From: a virus
DNA: 64,000 nt
Direction: 5' to 3' (one strand)
IMG/VR virus record: IMGVR_UViG_3300025117_000032
Shown: piece after piece, positions 22,701 through 32,387 of the stretch
How the letters are laid out: each line of letters begins with the position of its first letter
How positions within the stretch are numbered: the stretch's first letter is position 1
The notes under the pieces: model-generated
What the model was told of the DNA's origin: nothing
Seen by the model: the letters and a program-made list of their open reading frames with translations, nothing else
Database searches by the model: none
Translations under genes and position numbers: made by a program

Positions 22701-22899
22701 CCCTCTCAATATCAATCAAATACCCTATGGATGTTTCTGTGTTCAAGTTGACATCTAATTTACTTGTATCAACGCCACCGATTATGGATAAGTCTGGGTT
22801 CTCAACTGCGATGCCATAGCTCATTTTCAATAGCTGAATTGGTATCACCTTGTTGCTGTCGTTGTATAAGAATTCTCTCTTCAAATTTGTTAGCATCAT
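19711..22899 (-). CDS. PKD-domain structural protein
   Basis: WKFAGGNPASS and WIWDFDDG PKD-type motifs. Confidence 0.55.
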   Translation of the reverse strand: MMLTNLKREFLYNDSNKVIPIQLLKMSYGIAVENPDLSIIGGVDTSKLDVNLNTETSIGYLIDIERDVITESQPAGSDGSINFQRLERGKRYWVYLVSKSHDDGYITATGVSDSESQSGRRVFTFREGGEVVTIDLVLSANENDNTQWYNYAGSYQGELIFYPESVDYSDTLNEILGNMDRMEGSLLSAIAGIPGGGTDPIAPPIVIVPHIDPTATSLPSSGGTITFHDVTENTTSREWKFAGGNPASSTSKDVTVSYQKNDTTNNIVNLVELKAIAADGTFKTTSINITISKKTILQVPVLKFSVRKQGSTDTTVRAFLYNDNIEFINTSTNTTDVKEWIWDFDDGGLPHSTTDMLKPFVYDYEEPADHSASSHRPYLTAVLQDGARYTSNPIWINIFPTTIPTPVLGTMVSTGGTYYDVRGGAGNVIDEYPTTIVFVCRTSSNTQYKFELVSNDPSDPKVTRNYSTDASFSWGVGTPTFVADRLTKIYYLKIDVKRVVAGIPDAFSTDTITNIITLTNPDTSISNFEEVYIAKIGRKWANPIPPYPYYPPGQTVTTVDPARISADISVMNMSVPGVQFSRPGGAPTFDKYQWVLLKFKNPDGIPYSEYPNLGPLGTKKIIRLQAQLYGRSYNTPYTWFRYVFYDEADALVRNGISIDGKRYTFSIVYSIDAIPYYAYEDGPEHLVNARDKITLMWHPSDSSEDPNYNMYDLFSDNELSHEPHITNGWKYVMGQGGSYSHEGADFYGVKPGILASHSESKSLGTGSFGVDNPFVVTQTTDKSGELPVHYNTQEAGQLAILMNIRFLKNMLKSVDDNMWGTINNTNRVIMDSIVEIKGNLSNQTNSIFNITNANVSPANVSVTYKRLPGFDWQPMTTSVNNGDVAMLNLTNVEDFNSPGKYTIKVEPVRILAKVDRVVDGVVYVKDDLNGYTTKNTFYGWNIQFMDQNLVKLGDPKVVVGSYYKDSEQRLQVSPNIEGQINSGSKIYLWSSSFVPVMVEVDIVEHNSLTLSYADYGKKELNTATGLCTIYDHNGNIYKQFSYGKILNQSTGFDLIEYRDPIR

Positions 22900-24221
22900 A
22901 CCACCTTGAATGTTCTTTCGTTTTCCGTATAGATCAAAGCACCGTCCACGTTGTATCTAAATTCAACCCCATAGGTACACCCTGTTATAAACCATTGTGT
23001 ATCGAACATGATAAAGTTTTCATCCTGGGTATATGACACACCTTCCCAAGGTATCATTTCTGTCTTTAGGATTCCATCCTTTAGGTACACCCAATACTCC
23101 ATTGTTTTCAATACGTTTTTTGTTGTGGTATAGTTGGTTAGGTTTTGTACTTCCAAAAACACCCTGGACCCCTGTTTGTATTCTGGCTTAATATCTGGGA
23201 TAGACACATCATAATCGGATGGATCTATAACAGTAGAAGCATCGGTTGACCAAACAGAGGACACACTTTTCACCAATCCAGTTTGCACCACACTTGATGT
23301 ATCCATACCATTTTCATAAGTAACATTCCAGGTATCTGTTATAATCGTGCCAGCACTAGCTGGTCCTGGTGATGTATAGTCAACATAATACATACCTTCC
23401 ATCGGGTTGTTTATGATTGTTGCTGTCCAGCCTGACACCCCACCACTTGCGCTATAGGTAACAACCACGGAGTTAGCAGAGTAAACGTTATCAAAGGTTC
23501 CACTTTTCTTGGTGTATAGGTATAGTCGCTTGCTCACCCCAGTATAAATTTCATCTCTTTGGTCTGTTACCTGATTATCCCAATCAAACTGTATATATGG
23601 CAGGTTGTATGTGTTAGTGTGTCTAGTATAGAACTTAAGCACAGTCCTGGCATCTGCTGACAAAGCTTCCGTGTTTGCGGAATACATGATACCAACACCA
23701 AAATCTGTCCCGGTAAAAGCATTCCATAATTGGATTTCATCTGTTACATCACCGGAAAAATTCTCATATCCCTTGTCAATATGCCCACTAAACACAGTGT
23801 AAACAAAGTCCCCACCATCTGCTGCCCAATCGGTGTTTGATGTTGCAGAATACCAAGAAGCATATCCAGTGTCCATTTCATACCCAACAAAATCGTGTCC
23901 ATTACCTTCATCCCAATCTTGCTGTACTAGCTTAACCAACAGGTTTACACTTGATGCTTGAACAGCGTCCGAATATTCAGACGACTCAAAGGTTGGATAA
24001 CAGTTTGGTAACACCAAAGAAGCCGTTATTGCAGTTATGTGGGGGACCAAGTTTTCATCATACTTGGCAACATAATCCTCTGTGTCAAATCTCATCAAAA
24101 GTCTGGTTATACCATCGACGCCATACCACAACTCTGAAACTTCATTTCTCCCAGTATTATGGGTTGGTTTATTCTCCATAATCGTGGTGTTCTTTGTTGG
24201 GTATATTCTATATCTTGCCAT
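22896..24221 (-). CDS. Virion structural protein (DNRLRE-like)
   Basis: RIYPTKNTTI...NTG...RLLMRFD...WDEGNG; structural context. Confidence 0.45.
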   Translation of the reverse strand: MARYRIYPTKNTTIMENKPTHNTGRNEVSELWYGVDGITRLLMRFDTEDYVAKYDENLVPHITAITASLVLPNCYPTFESSEYSDAVQASSVNLLVKLVQQDWDEGNGHDFVGYEMDTGYASWYSATSNTDWAADGGDFVYTVFSGHIDKGYENFSGDVTDEIQLWNAFTGTDFGVGIMYSANTEALSADARTVLKFYTRHTNTYNLPYIQFDWDNQVTDQRDEIYTGVSKRLYLYTKKSGTFDNVYSANSVVVTYSASGGVSGWTATIINNPMEGMYYVDYTSPGPASAGTIITDTWNVTYENGMDTSSVVQTGLVKSVSSVWSTDASTVIDPSDYDVSIPDIKPEYKQGSRVFLEVQNLTNYTTTKNVLKTMEYWVYLKDGILKTEMIPWEGVSYTQDENFIMFDTQWFITGCTYGVEFRYNVDGALIYTENERTFKVV

Positions 24222-24242
24222 TTATTCTCCAATGTGTTACAG

Positions 24243-24249
24243 ATAAATA
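24243..24249 (-). promoter_or_regulatory. TATTTAT motif, putative late promoter element
   Basis: 22 nt upstream of the ATG at 24221. Confidence 0.5.
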
Positions 24250-24254
24250 TCAAA

Positions 24255-27026
24255 CTATGGGCAATCTCCACTAACCGTTACTTGGAAATAATCCGAATAT
24301 ACAATACTCTCATTTCCAACAGCATCCTTAGCCATAATTTCTACCTTCCAAAAGTAATTTGCTGGTAGTGAAATTACACTCACAATATAATTCACGGTGC
24401 TTGTTAATGTTCCAGAATAAGCAGACCAAGAGCCAAGTACAATTTTGTTAAGTTGTGACCCGCTGCCATATCTAGTTTTGAAGTATATGGGTTCACTTGC
24501 AAAGGCATATACTGACTGTTGATCACCGCCGGCAGCACATATAGCATCAACACCACTAAGGGTTGGATCAGTCTCGTCTACAACCAACCTCCAACCACCA
24601 CCAACACTCAAAGTGTCCGTTCCTGATATGGCTAGGTATGGCCAAGGAGTAATTGCATCAACCTTTATTACTGAATATGTCTCATAGTTTTCAAACACGG
24701 TATGAATGGTATCATCAAGAGTTGTTGCAGGATTGCCAACATCAATGTATTCTTTTGACACAAGCGCACCCGCAGCAGGCAGTCTTTCAGATAGACCAAA
24801 CATTGTTGTCTGTCCAACCATATCACTAGCTTCATGAACATTTGCCCAACCATTTCCAGCCATTGCTATTGGGGCCACAAATCTTCCTGTGCTTGTATCA
24901 TATGCTGTTGCCTGAAAAGCGATAAACGGTGGATTCAATAATGAATTTGTGAACATATTAGCCACATCATTTATTGCAAAATCCCAATTTGATTCACTAG
25001 CTGTTCCTGGTGTGTAAATATTGAAACCCTCCCACATCATACCCTCAACCAAATCTGCCCCGGCTTGATTGTATCTAACATAAGTTCCATTGGTAACAAT
25101 AAGTCTATTTGCCATGCCACGTTCTGCAAACTCGTTCCTTAGTGCCTCAAGGTATGATTGGCAGAACAAAGCATAGCCTATTGATTCATCTGTATCTGGG
25201 TTCAACCCACTAGTATCCTTGTATGGTATGGTGTCTCCATCCATGTCAATACCAATGGTTCCCACACCCATGTAACAATTATCTCCAGCACAAGCCCAAT
25301 TTGGGTATCCGTTATCTAACCAATCAATGAATATTCCAGTATATTCCCTGTCATTGGTAAGACCATCTAACTCATCAACAATAACAGCGGCAAGGGAATC
25401 AGCTATGCCATCATACACAGCATAAGGGTTTATGATCCTTGTGACTTCCGAATAATTCAAAACAATATTTCCTTCTATGTCACGCAACCAAGCCCCATAT
25501 GGCTTTCCTTGTTCATTAATCATACGTTGATCGATTCTATCCATAGTGTTCCAAAGTCTCCCTGGCAGGCTCTCGTTGCTCCAGGACGCCCATTCTATTC
25601 TTGGGTGAACGCTTGTGTATATGATATTAACAAAATCTGGGTTTATCTCTCTGACATTATCCACATAGTCTATCCAAGCTGTTTCTGGATATTGAGGATC
25701 ATATTCCCTAAAGGCATGAGTGTTTATAACGGTAGCATCATTCAAGGCTGCTGTATCATAGTCTATCGTAGCATCGGCAGAAAAATCTTGGTAGTGCCAA
25801 TGAACATACGCTGGGTGCCCGAGGTTTAACACTGTATTATAAACAGTCCTATCGGTTACTTTTCTTGGGGTAGCAGCAATACTAACATAGGTTGGGTTCA
25901 TGTGATGAGCCCCCCAATTCTTATCATCACTAGATCTCAACCACCAATCCGCAAGTTGTTGGTCTGGAAAGTTTTCATACTTTGTTCCATCATACCCAGG
26001 GGTAAAGTATATTCCCCCATTTAGCATACTTTGAAAAAGTCTTGCTTGGTTGTATAGCGATGGTGTGTGATACAAGTCCGTCTTTATTCCAGCAACCAAT
26101 AACAACGACTGATTTTCTGTTGCTGGTGTAAAAGCTGTCCTATAAGATGTTGCCTTATCAATAACACTAAGCATAGATGAAAAATCAACGTCTTCAAAAA
26201 ATACCCCATTGATATCCTTGGTAGCTAACAAAGAAGCACTAGGGGTTTCATGTTCAAACCTATCCCCACGAATGATAAGGCACCCAGCATTGTTCATGGT
26301 GTCCACAATGTTGTTTTGATATGGGTGAAAGTTGGCAGACTTTTCAGCCAACGTGTATTGGTCATAGGTTTTACCAAGCTCAAATGGATCAACCAATGTT
26401 GGCGTCAGCACAGAAATTGGTCCGTAGTCTTGCCAGTTATAGTCTGGAAAACAATACCCATAGGTCACATGGGCAGGCTCACCAAGATAAACATGAAGAG
26501 TATCGAAGTATGTAGTAAAAATGTCTGTTAGCTCTAGCTTGAAAGTTGAATTGGCAAAAGCAGATGGTTTGATGATATAGTTTGGATCAACAAACACAAT
26601 CTCATTGTTTTCATCTCTCAACAAATAGGTGTTATTACTTTGTACAAAGTGATCAAATATGTCACCCTCAAAGGTTCCAGTTGGCTGTGACATCCAATCA
26701 ATGTTTATGTATTGGGGATCGTACTCAACCAAAATGGCTCCCTCAAAGTTGTTGGCACCATTCCCATCCACAATATATCTAATCCACTCTGGGTGTTTGA
26801 ATACGTTGTAAGGGTTGGTTATGATCACACCAGCAGAAGAAAAATACTTGACATTCTTGTCTCTCCATGCTTGTGATTTCCAGTTCATGTGATAAGTTGT
26901 GCTGTCAATAGACACATACTCTCTGTCTATGTCATGGATAACTCTAAGGTTGTAGTCCTGGACGTTACAACTTATGATAAACGACAAAACCAACAACCCG
27001 ATCAAATATATTCCAATTTTTTTCAT
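24255..27026 (-). CDS. Lipoprotein with putative glycoside hydrolase (TIM-barrel) domain
   Basis: Signal peptide with lipobox IISC; TGIFIDW, RLIVTNG, EGMMWEGF motifs typical of GH114/GH166/GHL15-like barrels; DMDGD Ca-binding-like loop. Confidence 0.55.
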   Translation of the reverse strand: MKKIGIYLIGLLVLSFIISCNVQDYNLRVIHDIDREYVSIDSTTYHMNWKSQAWRDKNVKYFSSAGVIITNPYNVFKHPEWIRYIVDGNGANNFEGAILVEYDPQYINIDWMSQPTGTFEGDIFDHFVQSNNTYLLRDENNEIVFVDPNYIIKPSAFANSTFKLELTDIFTTYFDTLHVYLGEPAHVTYGYCFPDYNWQDYGPISVLTPTLVDPFELGKTYDQYTLAEKSANFHPYQNNIVDTMNNAGCLIIRGDRFEHETPSASLLATKDINGVFFEDVDFSSMLSVIDKATSYRTAFTPATENQSLLLVAGIKTDLYHTPSLYNQARLFQSMLNGGIYFTPGYDGTKYENFPDQQLADWWLRSSDDKNWGAHHMNPTYVSIAATPRKVTDRTVYNTVLNLGHPAYVHWHYQDFSADATIDYDTAALNDATVINTHAFREYDPQYPETAWIDYVDNVREINPDFVNIIYTSVHPRIEWASWSNESLPGRLWNTMDRIDQRMINEQGKPYGAWLRDIEGNIVLNYSEVTRIINPYAVYDGIADSLAAVIVDELDGLTNDREYTGIFIDWLDNGYPNWACAGDNCYMGVGTIGIDMDGDTIPYKDTSGLNPDTDESIGYALFCQSYLEALRNEFAERGMANRLIVTNGTYVRYNQAGADLVEGMMWEGFNIYTPGTASESNWDFAINDVANMFTNSLLNPPFIAFQATAYDTSTGRFVAPIAMAGNGWANVHEASDMVGQTTMFGLSERLPAAGALVSKEYIDVGNPATTLDDTIHTVFENYETYSVIKVDAITPWPYLAISGTDTLSVGGGWRLVVDETDPTLSGVDAICAAGGDQQSVYAFASEPIYFKTRYGSGSQLNKIVLGSWSAYSGTLTSTVNYIVSVISLPANYFWKVEIMAKDAVGNESIVYSDYFQVTVSGDCP
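26985..27026 (-). repeat. 42-bp signal-peptide repeat, copy 2
   Basis: 41/42 identical to 28570..28611; encodes MKKIGIYLIGLLVL. Confidence 0.9.
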
Positions 27027-27173
27027 GTTACCCCTACTCTCTTTGTTTTCAAATCGCCATAAAAGACATACGCATCAAGCTCTTTTCCTTTTTAAAGAAA
27101 ATTGGTTAATGGACTTTTCAGTCTTACACTTCGAACATATCTTTATCCACATTTCAAAATTAGCTCTCGGCAT
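27023..27173 (-). pseudogene. Internally deleted HNH endonuclease (5' and 3' ends only)
   Basis: MPRANFEMWIKICSKCKTEKSINQF matches the N-terminus of 59932..60639; in another frame KELDAYVFYGDL matches the C-termini EELDTYVFYD / EEINTLVFYDDL. Confidence 0.8.
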
Positions 27174-27183
27174 ATATTTTACC

Positions 27184-28611
27184 TCAGTTTCCAAGTATTA
27201 CTTCGCTTATTATTACCGGCAAAGACCCAAAGCTAACAGTAGCTTCGGCGGCAGGGGTTGTTCCAACCTCATATGTTCCTGGTTTTGAAGTCAATATGTT
27301 TATTCTTTGCACAGGAACAAATCCAACAGGCATGGTCATTGTACCACTATTGAACCCAACCATAATATCTCCATCCGATCTTATCACCTTAAACACTCCA
27401 TCTGATATCTTTTCCACGCTAGTTGCATTTTCTAACATCTCTGCTAGGATAAAGTATGCCCAATATGATCCTCTGGCAGCATTAGCAACTGTCAAAGGAA
27501 CCGCACTTGAATTGAGCCATGGTACATAAGAGTTGCCCCATGTCAATGTCCCACCCGGGACATATGGCTCTGGAGAGGTTAGTCTAAACCACAGGCTAAA
27601 CTCAATGTCGTTATCTATGTTGTCCAGGTTCATTTCTATTGCATAATTGAATAGCTCATCGTTTGTGATATTTGAATCATATGCTCTGTTTGGTCCACCA
27701 CACTCCAAAGATACCAATGGTTTATTTGGAAGAAGATCCTTTATGAATTCTATCCTATATGCGTTGTCTGATACTGGTCCGTATAGGTGAACTGCATAGT
27801 AATCATAGGTTGATTCATTCAACACCCTATAGGCTTCCCTAACCTCTGCCCTGAAAGCGTCTGTAATAAGATCGTTGATATCGATTATTTCAACATTACC
27901 AAGGTTATCTGAATCTCTTATCTCCCAAGAAATTCCGTGATCAAGATAAAAATTTCCACAGGCTATCTTGTTGAATGTTCCAGAAGACCAAGCCCCCATG
28001 ATAAGTTTCCCACCAGTATTTGCTGCTTGTATTCCAGCGTAGGTTGCGTTGGTGAAGTCTATCAATTGCTCTGTGGTTCCTGCCCAACCACCGCCTTGAT
28101 GCCCTTGGTTTGGCCACTCATTGGCTATAGAAAAAAATCTGTTTACCATGGACGCTCCAACTGGCATATCATTGACCCCATCAAAGTCATACCTCTCCAC
28201 ACAGTCAGTAACAAAGTCTGCCCAAACATTTAGATCAACTGGAACTTGGTTCAATGCGTCTTTTTCTGGATCAACAATTGGTGCTGCCCATGATGCTGTG
28301 TTGTCTGTAACAAAGGTCATCACAGCTTCTATCCCATATGAGTTAAGATAACCAACTCTAGTATCAAGTCCATCCCAATCATAGTTGTTGTCCGTTACTG
28401 GTTCTCTCAATGACCAATACACATCAATCCTAGAAAATTTTGCACCAGCGTCTTGCACATATGGGTAGTAAATTTCATCATCACCAGGAAACGCCAACCC
28501 CAAATATGGTGATTGAGTAACAACCAAATCACTGATATTCAGGGCGCTAGCACAGCTACTAGTCAACATCAAAACCAACAACCCAATCAAATATATTCCA
28601 ATTTTTTTCAT
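27184..28611 (-). CDS. Lipoprotein, clan GH-A glycoside hydrolase (GH39/GH5-like)
   Basis: Lipobox TSSC; RIDVYWSLREP..YDW, FSIANEWP (acid/base), AVHLY, SLECG (nucleophile). Confidence 0.7.
   Translation of the reverse strand: MKKIGIYLIGLLVLMLTSSCASALNISDLVVTQSPYLGLAFPGDDEIYYPYVQDAGAKFSRIDVYWSLREPVTDNNYDWDGLDTRVGYLNSYGIEAVMTFVTDNTASWAAPIVDPEKDALNQVPVDLNVWADFVTDCVERYDFDGVNDMPVGASMVNRFFSIANEWPNQGHQGGGWAGTTEQLIDFTNATYAGIQAANTGGKLIMGAWSSGTFNKIACGNFYLDHGISWEIRDSDNLGNVEIIDINDLITDAFRAEVREAYRVLNESTYDYYAVHLYGPVSDNAYRIEFIKDLLPNKPLVSLECGGPNRAYDSNITNDELFNYAIEMNLDNIDNDIEFSLWFRLTSPEPYVPGGTLTWGNSYVPWLNSSAVPLTVANAARGSYWAYFILAEMLENATSVEKISDGVFKVIRSDGDIMVGFNSGTMTMPVGFVPVQRINILTSKPGTYEVGTTPAAEATVSFGSLPVIISEVILGN
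28570..28611 (-). repeat. 42-bp signal-peptide repeat, copy 1
   Basis: 41/42 identical to 26985..27026. Confidence 0.9.
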
Positions 28612-28782
28612 TTACTTTCCTGCTCCCTTGTTTTTCAAAATAATCTCTCCCAATTTTATGATCAACCCCTGTGGTAAATTCTCTTGCAGCATATCATATA
28701 ACAAAATTGGAAACCATTCAATCTTATTCTTGTTTCTCAAATCAGCGGCATAGTCTCGTAGGCTAACCTCTAATTGTGTCAT
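28612..28782 (-). CDS. Hypothetical 56-aa protein
   Basis: MTQLEVSLRDYAADL...KNKGAGK*; fills the gap, stop abuts the next ATG. Confidence 0.5.
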   Translation of the reverse strand: MTQLEVSLRDYAADLRNKNKIEWFPILLYDMLQENLPQGLIIKLGEIILKNKGAGK

Positions 28783-28809
28783 CTATTTTCTACCCCCATT
28801 CATTACATC

Positions 28810-29520
28810 CTATCTATAAAACTCCCTACCATCCAATGGTGGTTTTGGATCGAAAATACTTCCCCGTATTCCTTTTGCTGGGGCAGCCCATCCAGCAGCC
28901 TTAAAGATATTCCCCTCCATATCCACAAAGCAATGGACAGCCTTAGAATGAGGTTGCACCCTAACAACTCGAATGAATTTCTTCCCCCACATGGTTGTAA
29001 ATGTTGGTGGCTCAAGACGATCATAATTCTTTTTGTAGTCTGCATCATGATACGCTTTAAGCTTGTCAAGATACTTTTCAAGTTGATCTTTCAATTTATT
29101 TTTATCAACCCCACCTGTTTCTTCATTGATACCAGACAAATTTTTCATCCTATTCAACTCTTCATCCAAATCAAAACCAAACAATGCCTTTTTTACTATG
29201 GTGTACTGTTGTGCATCTGTCATTGACCAATAGACGCTATCGTATGTATTTTTATCTCCATTGGTAAACAAAACCTCATCGTAGTTTTTTGGTAGAACTC
29301 GTTTATATTCTTGGGGCATTTTTGCACGTTGGAATTGACTCATTTTTTGAAATATACCTATTACAGATTGAGTAGTAGTGTCATCTTTACCAATATGATA
29401 TCCTTGTTTTTTTAGGTTTTCAAGTATCTCCTTTGCATACTGATAAAACAGCTTCTTATGTTTTGGGTCAACTTTTGCTTCATTGATAGCAGCCAATTCC
29501 TTTAATCGTTTCACACTCAT
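28810..29520 (-). CDS. Hypothetical phage protein (possible internal head protein)
   Basis: RLKELAAINE and RMKNLSGINEE motifs; C-terminal HCFVD..GNIFKAAGWAAPAKG.RG domain seen in phage proteins. Confidence 0.55.
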   Translation of the reverse strand: MSVKRLKELAAINEAKVDPKHKKLFYQYAKEILENLKKQGYHIGKDDTTTQSVIGIFQKMSQFQRAKMPQEYKRVLPKNYDEVLFTNGDKNTYDSVYWSMTDAQQYTIVKKALFGFDLDEELNRMKNLSGINEETGGVDKNKLKDQLEKYLDKLKAYHDADYKKNYDRLEPPTFTTMWGKKFIRVVRVQPHSKAVHCFVDMEGNIFKAAGWAAPAKGIRGSIFDPKPPLDGREFYR

Positions 29521-29829
29521 GTGTCTTTATTCCTCCTATGTAAATCATCATAAAAAACCAGTGTGTTAATCTCTTCTTTAAACTCATCCGGCTCACGATC
29601 ATTCTTTGAAGTGTTTATTGAAACATCACACCAACAGACATTGTTTGGATCTTTTGTTAAACCTGGATATCTTGATATGGGTTTTATATGATCAACGGAA
29701 GCGTTGACCCCCATTCCATCATACATTTCCTTCGCAGCACCAGTTAGCTCCGATGCCCCTTTCTTTCCTTTTTTTTGCAGCTAAAGCTATGGCTGCTGCT
29801 TGCTGTTGTTTTTTAGATGTTGCTGGCAT
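29517..29829 (-). pseudogene. DUF3008-like N-terminus (+1 frameshift in A8) fused to an HNH C-terminal fragment
   Basis: MPATSKKQQQAAAIALAAKK / GKKGASELTGAAKEMYDGM then GVNASVDHIKPISRYP...; A8 at 29769-29776. Confidence 0.65.
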
Positions 29830-30457
29830 ATTGGCTCCTTACCACTCTATCAATTAATTCATTTAGTGTAATATGGGAGATGTTTCCCTTTTTTCTGTTT
29901 TCTTTCCATGGTATAAACCGCAGGTTTTCTATGTTTCCAACAACACTTGGATCTACTTTATTTGTGTACCCATCATATATGGAATAGATGTGATCTAAAT
30001 TATAATTGTCAGTTCCAATTTTCATTTTACCCCTTTTTTCGTACCCAACCAATTTTGATAAATTGTTTCTAAATGTAAACCTATAAACCTCTTTCCTATA
30101 TTCGTAATATTTTGTTTTGTTTTCTATGGATTTTGTGTTTGCCTTTGTTATGTTCTTTCCAGCCCCCAAACGAGAGTGTTCTTTGCAACAATATTTATTC
30201 CACTTCCTTCCACCATTTTGCAATATTTTTTCATATACTAAGTTGTCACATACACCATATCCGCACTTCTTATTTCTTGGCGGCACAACAGAAAACTTAC
30301 CCCGTAGTTTTCCAATCTTCGCTTTACTTATAGCTAACGATCTAGCCAATCTTTCTTCTTCTGTATAAGAAGCCCAAATTTTCTTATTAATTTTTGTTTG
30401 TAGTTCGCTTCTTTCTTTTTTTGATCTCTCTTCAAATCCGCGATCAGTTTTTTCCAT
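29813..30457 (-). CDS. Free-standing HNH homing endonuclease
   Basis: LDHIYSIYDGY...NIENLRFIPWKENRKKG; related to 57139..57696. Confidence 0.75.
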   Translation of the reverse strand: MEKTDRGFEERSKKERSELQTKINKKIWASYTEEERLARSLAISKAKIGKLRGKFSVVPPRNKKCGYGVCDNLVYEKILQNGGRKWNKYCCKEHSRLGAGKNITKANTKSIENKTKYYEYRKEVYRFTFRNNLSKLVGYEKRGKMKIGTDNYNLDHIYSIYDGYTNKVDPSVVGNIENLRFIPWKENRKKGNISHITLNELIDRVVRSQYASNI

Positions 30458-30474
30458 TTTTCAACCTCCGCAAT

Positions 30475-30481
30475 ATAAATA
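30475..30481 (-). promoter_or_regulatory. TATTTAT motif, putative late promoter element
   Basis: 18 nt upstream of the HNH start, followed by GGAGG SD. Confidence 0.5.
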
Positions 30482-30515
30482 TATGGTTAGAGGTTAAAAA
30501 CCCACAAATAGTGTA

Positions 30516-32381
30516 TTATGTTATTACAGCACCACTTATGTTTTTTTCTGGATACTTGATTTCGAACATACCACTTTTTGGTGCTGTCAACTTGTTGTTA
30601 ATTGGTATCATCTCAATTGATCCATCACCAAGAGTTATCTTACTAATTATCTGTGTGTTGCTCATTCCTTCTCTTGCATAGACATCACTTGAATAATCCC
30701 CGCCAACCAAATTGGAAAACTTGATACTCCCAACATTGACAACCCCAGGTTGCTTCCTCAACAGTTCTATAACTTGACTGATATATATGGTATCGTTCAT
30801 CTGCCATTTCTCAATAGCAAAGTAATCTTTCAACACCCCTATACAGTTTGCAACAACAGTTTTCTTGTTATCTGTTTGAGTACATTGGACAGAAAACCTT
30901 ATCCCAACATTTATTATTGTTCCATCATGAATGGTCACAACATCATTTAACACCCTGTAGTTCTTCAAGTAAGAAGCCAAGTTGTATTTCAACTGATCGT
31001 TCCCTGTGTTCTTTAGTTTGTTGTTTTCATCCAACCCCAACACATAAATCTTAGTGTTCTTTGATACTGTATCTGGTTCTGCGTATGATCTAAATATTGT
31101 TCCATAGTTCAATGGCAACTGTGAGACCCTACTCATGTAATCGTCAACTGTTACACATCTATCTTGGCTTGAGAAATGCTTAGACGCAACATGCTTTATT
31201 TCTTCTATGGTTTCAAAGTCCCTACCACCTATAGCTGGGATTGGGTTTGTTGTCTTCAAACTAGACACAACATCGGACAAGGTTTGTACTGGAACAGATC
31301 CACCTGGAACATACGTTACCTCATATGAATCAACCCTAGTGATTGTTCCCTGGGAAGCGTTTGTTTCCTTGCCCGCCCCTGTCCTGTATCTACAATGCAT
31401 ATACGTTCCGGCATCTGGAATCCTACCAAGGGAATCGTTGTTCAACAGAGTTGCCAAATTAAGCCCACTCAAACCATTGGTAATGTAATTATTGTAGTTG
31501 TCAAAATCTGTATATCCAGCACCAAATGTTAGAACACAGTCCCCATTTTCATCATACTCTTTTATGAACCTTCTCTCTGTATATTTCCAATATCCTTCCG
31601 CTCCACTTACAACGGACGTATCTACAAACACTCTTTCTTGTGGAAGAGAATCAACTTCATACCACACATTATATGATCCATCCTCTGACCAATCTGCTTC
31701 TGTGGTTGGAGAGTATCTATCGTCTTTGGAAATCATATCCCTAACTTCTGTTATGTTATAATCACCAGAGTTGATCTTCCACTTCATGTATGGTATGGCA
31801 TTTGCGTTTGTAATTTCCAGGGAAACGATTTTTGATTCCCCAGCCATAGCTGCAACTCTCTTCGTTACTTTGTAGTTTACTATTTCGTTTTGGGTATTAT
31901 AGATTGGTTCAATAGTTCTGTTATTCACACCACCAAGAGAAGTTTGCACACTAAAATCTATTGCTTCTATGACCTCATACTTCTGACCAGAGGTAGAAGC
32001 TACTCGCATACCTTCCCCAATCGTCAAAAGATAATCTGCATCGTACCCATCGCCGGAAACAGGAATCTCAATACTAACATCCAACATTGTTACAGCGGGT
32101 CTTTTACCCCTTGGTTTGTAGCCAAGGTTTTTAGCTAACCTAAGTACGCTGTTCCTATTCTGTGCTGAATCCAAAAACAATTCATTGAACTTTTGGTCAA
32201 CATGGTAGGAGAGTATATCCCCAACATACGCTGGTATTTCCAATAGCATCATACCAACAGACGATTCTGAAAAGTCATTATACTGGTCTGGGTAGTTTAA
32301 CTTGATGTAATTTTTCAAGTCAACCTTCAAAGAATCAAAGTCCCTATTGAAGTAGTTGAAGTTTATTTTTCTATCTGCCAT
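30516..32381 (-). CDS. Baseplate wedge protein (T4 gp6-like)
   Basis: RDFDSLKVDL...DFSESSVG...LAKNLGYKP; GGRDFETIEEIK...QDRCVTVDDY. Confidence 0.85.
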   Translation of the reverse strand: MADRKINFNYFNRDFDSLKVDLKNYIKLNYPDQYNDFSESSVGMMLLEIPAYVGDILSYHVDQKFNELFLDSAQNRNSVLRLAKNLGYKPRGKRPAVTMLDVSIEIPVSGDGYDADYLLTIGEGMRVASTSGQKYEVIEAIDFSVQTSLGGVNNRTIEPIYNTQNEIVNYKVTKRVAAMAGESKIVSLEITNANAIPYMKWKINSGDYNITEVRDMISKDDRYSPTTEADWSEDGSYNVWYEVDSLPQERVFVDTSVVSGAEGYWKYTERRFIKEYDENGDCVLTFGAGYTDFDNYNNYITNGLSGLNLATLLNNDSLGRIPDAGTYMHCRYRTGAGKETNASQGTITRVDSYEVTYVPGGSVPVQTLSDVVSSLKTTNPIPAIGGRDFETIEEIKHVASKHFSSQDRCVTVDDYMSRVSQLPLNYGTIFRSYAEPDTVSKNTKIYVLGLDENNKLKNTGNDQLKYNLASYLKNYRVLNDVVTIHDGTIINVGIRFSVQCTQTDNKKTVVANCIGVLKDYFAIEKWQMNDTIYISQVIELLRKQPGVVNVGSIKFSNLVGGDYSSDVYAREGMSNTQIISKITLGDGSIEMIPINNKLTAPKSGMFEIKYPEKNISGAVIT

Positions 32382-32387
32382 ATCTGT

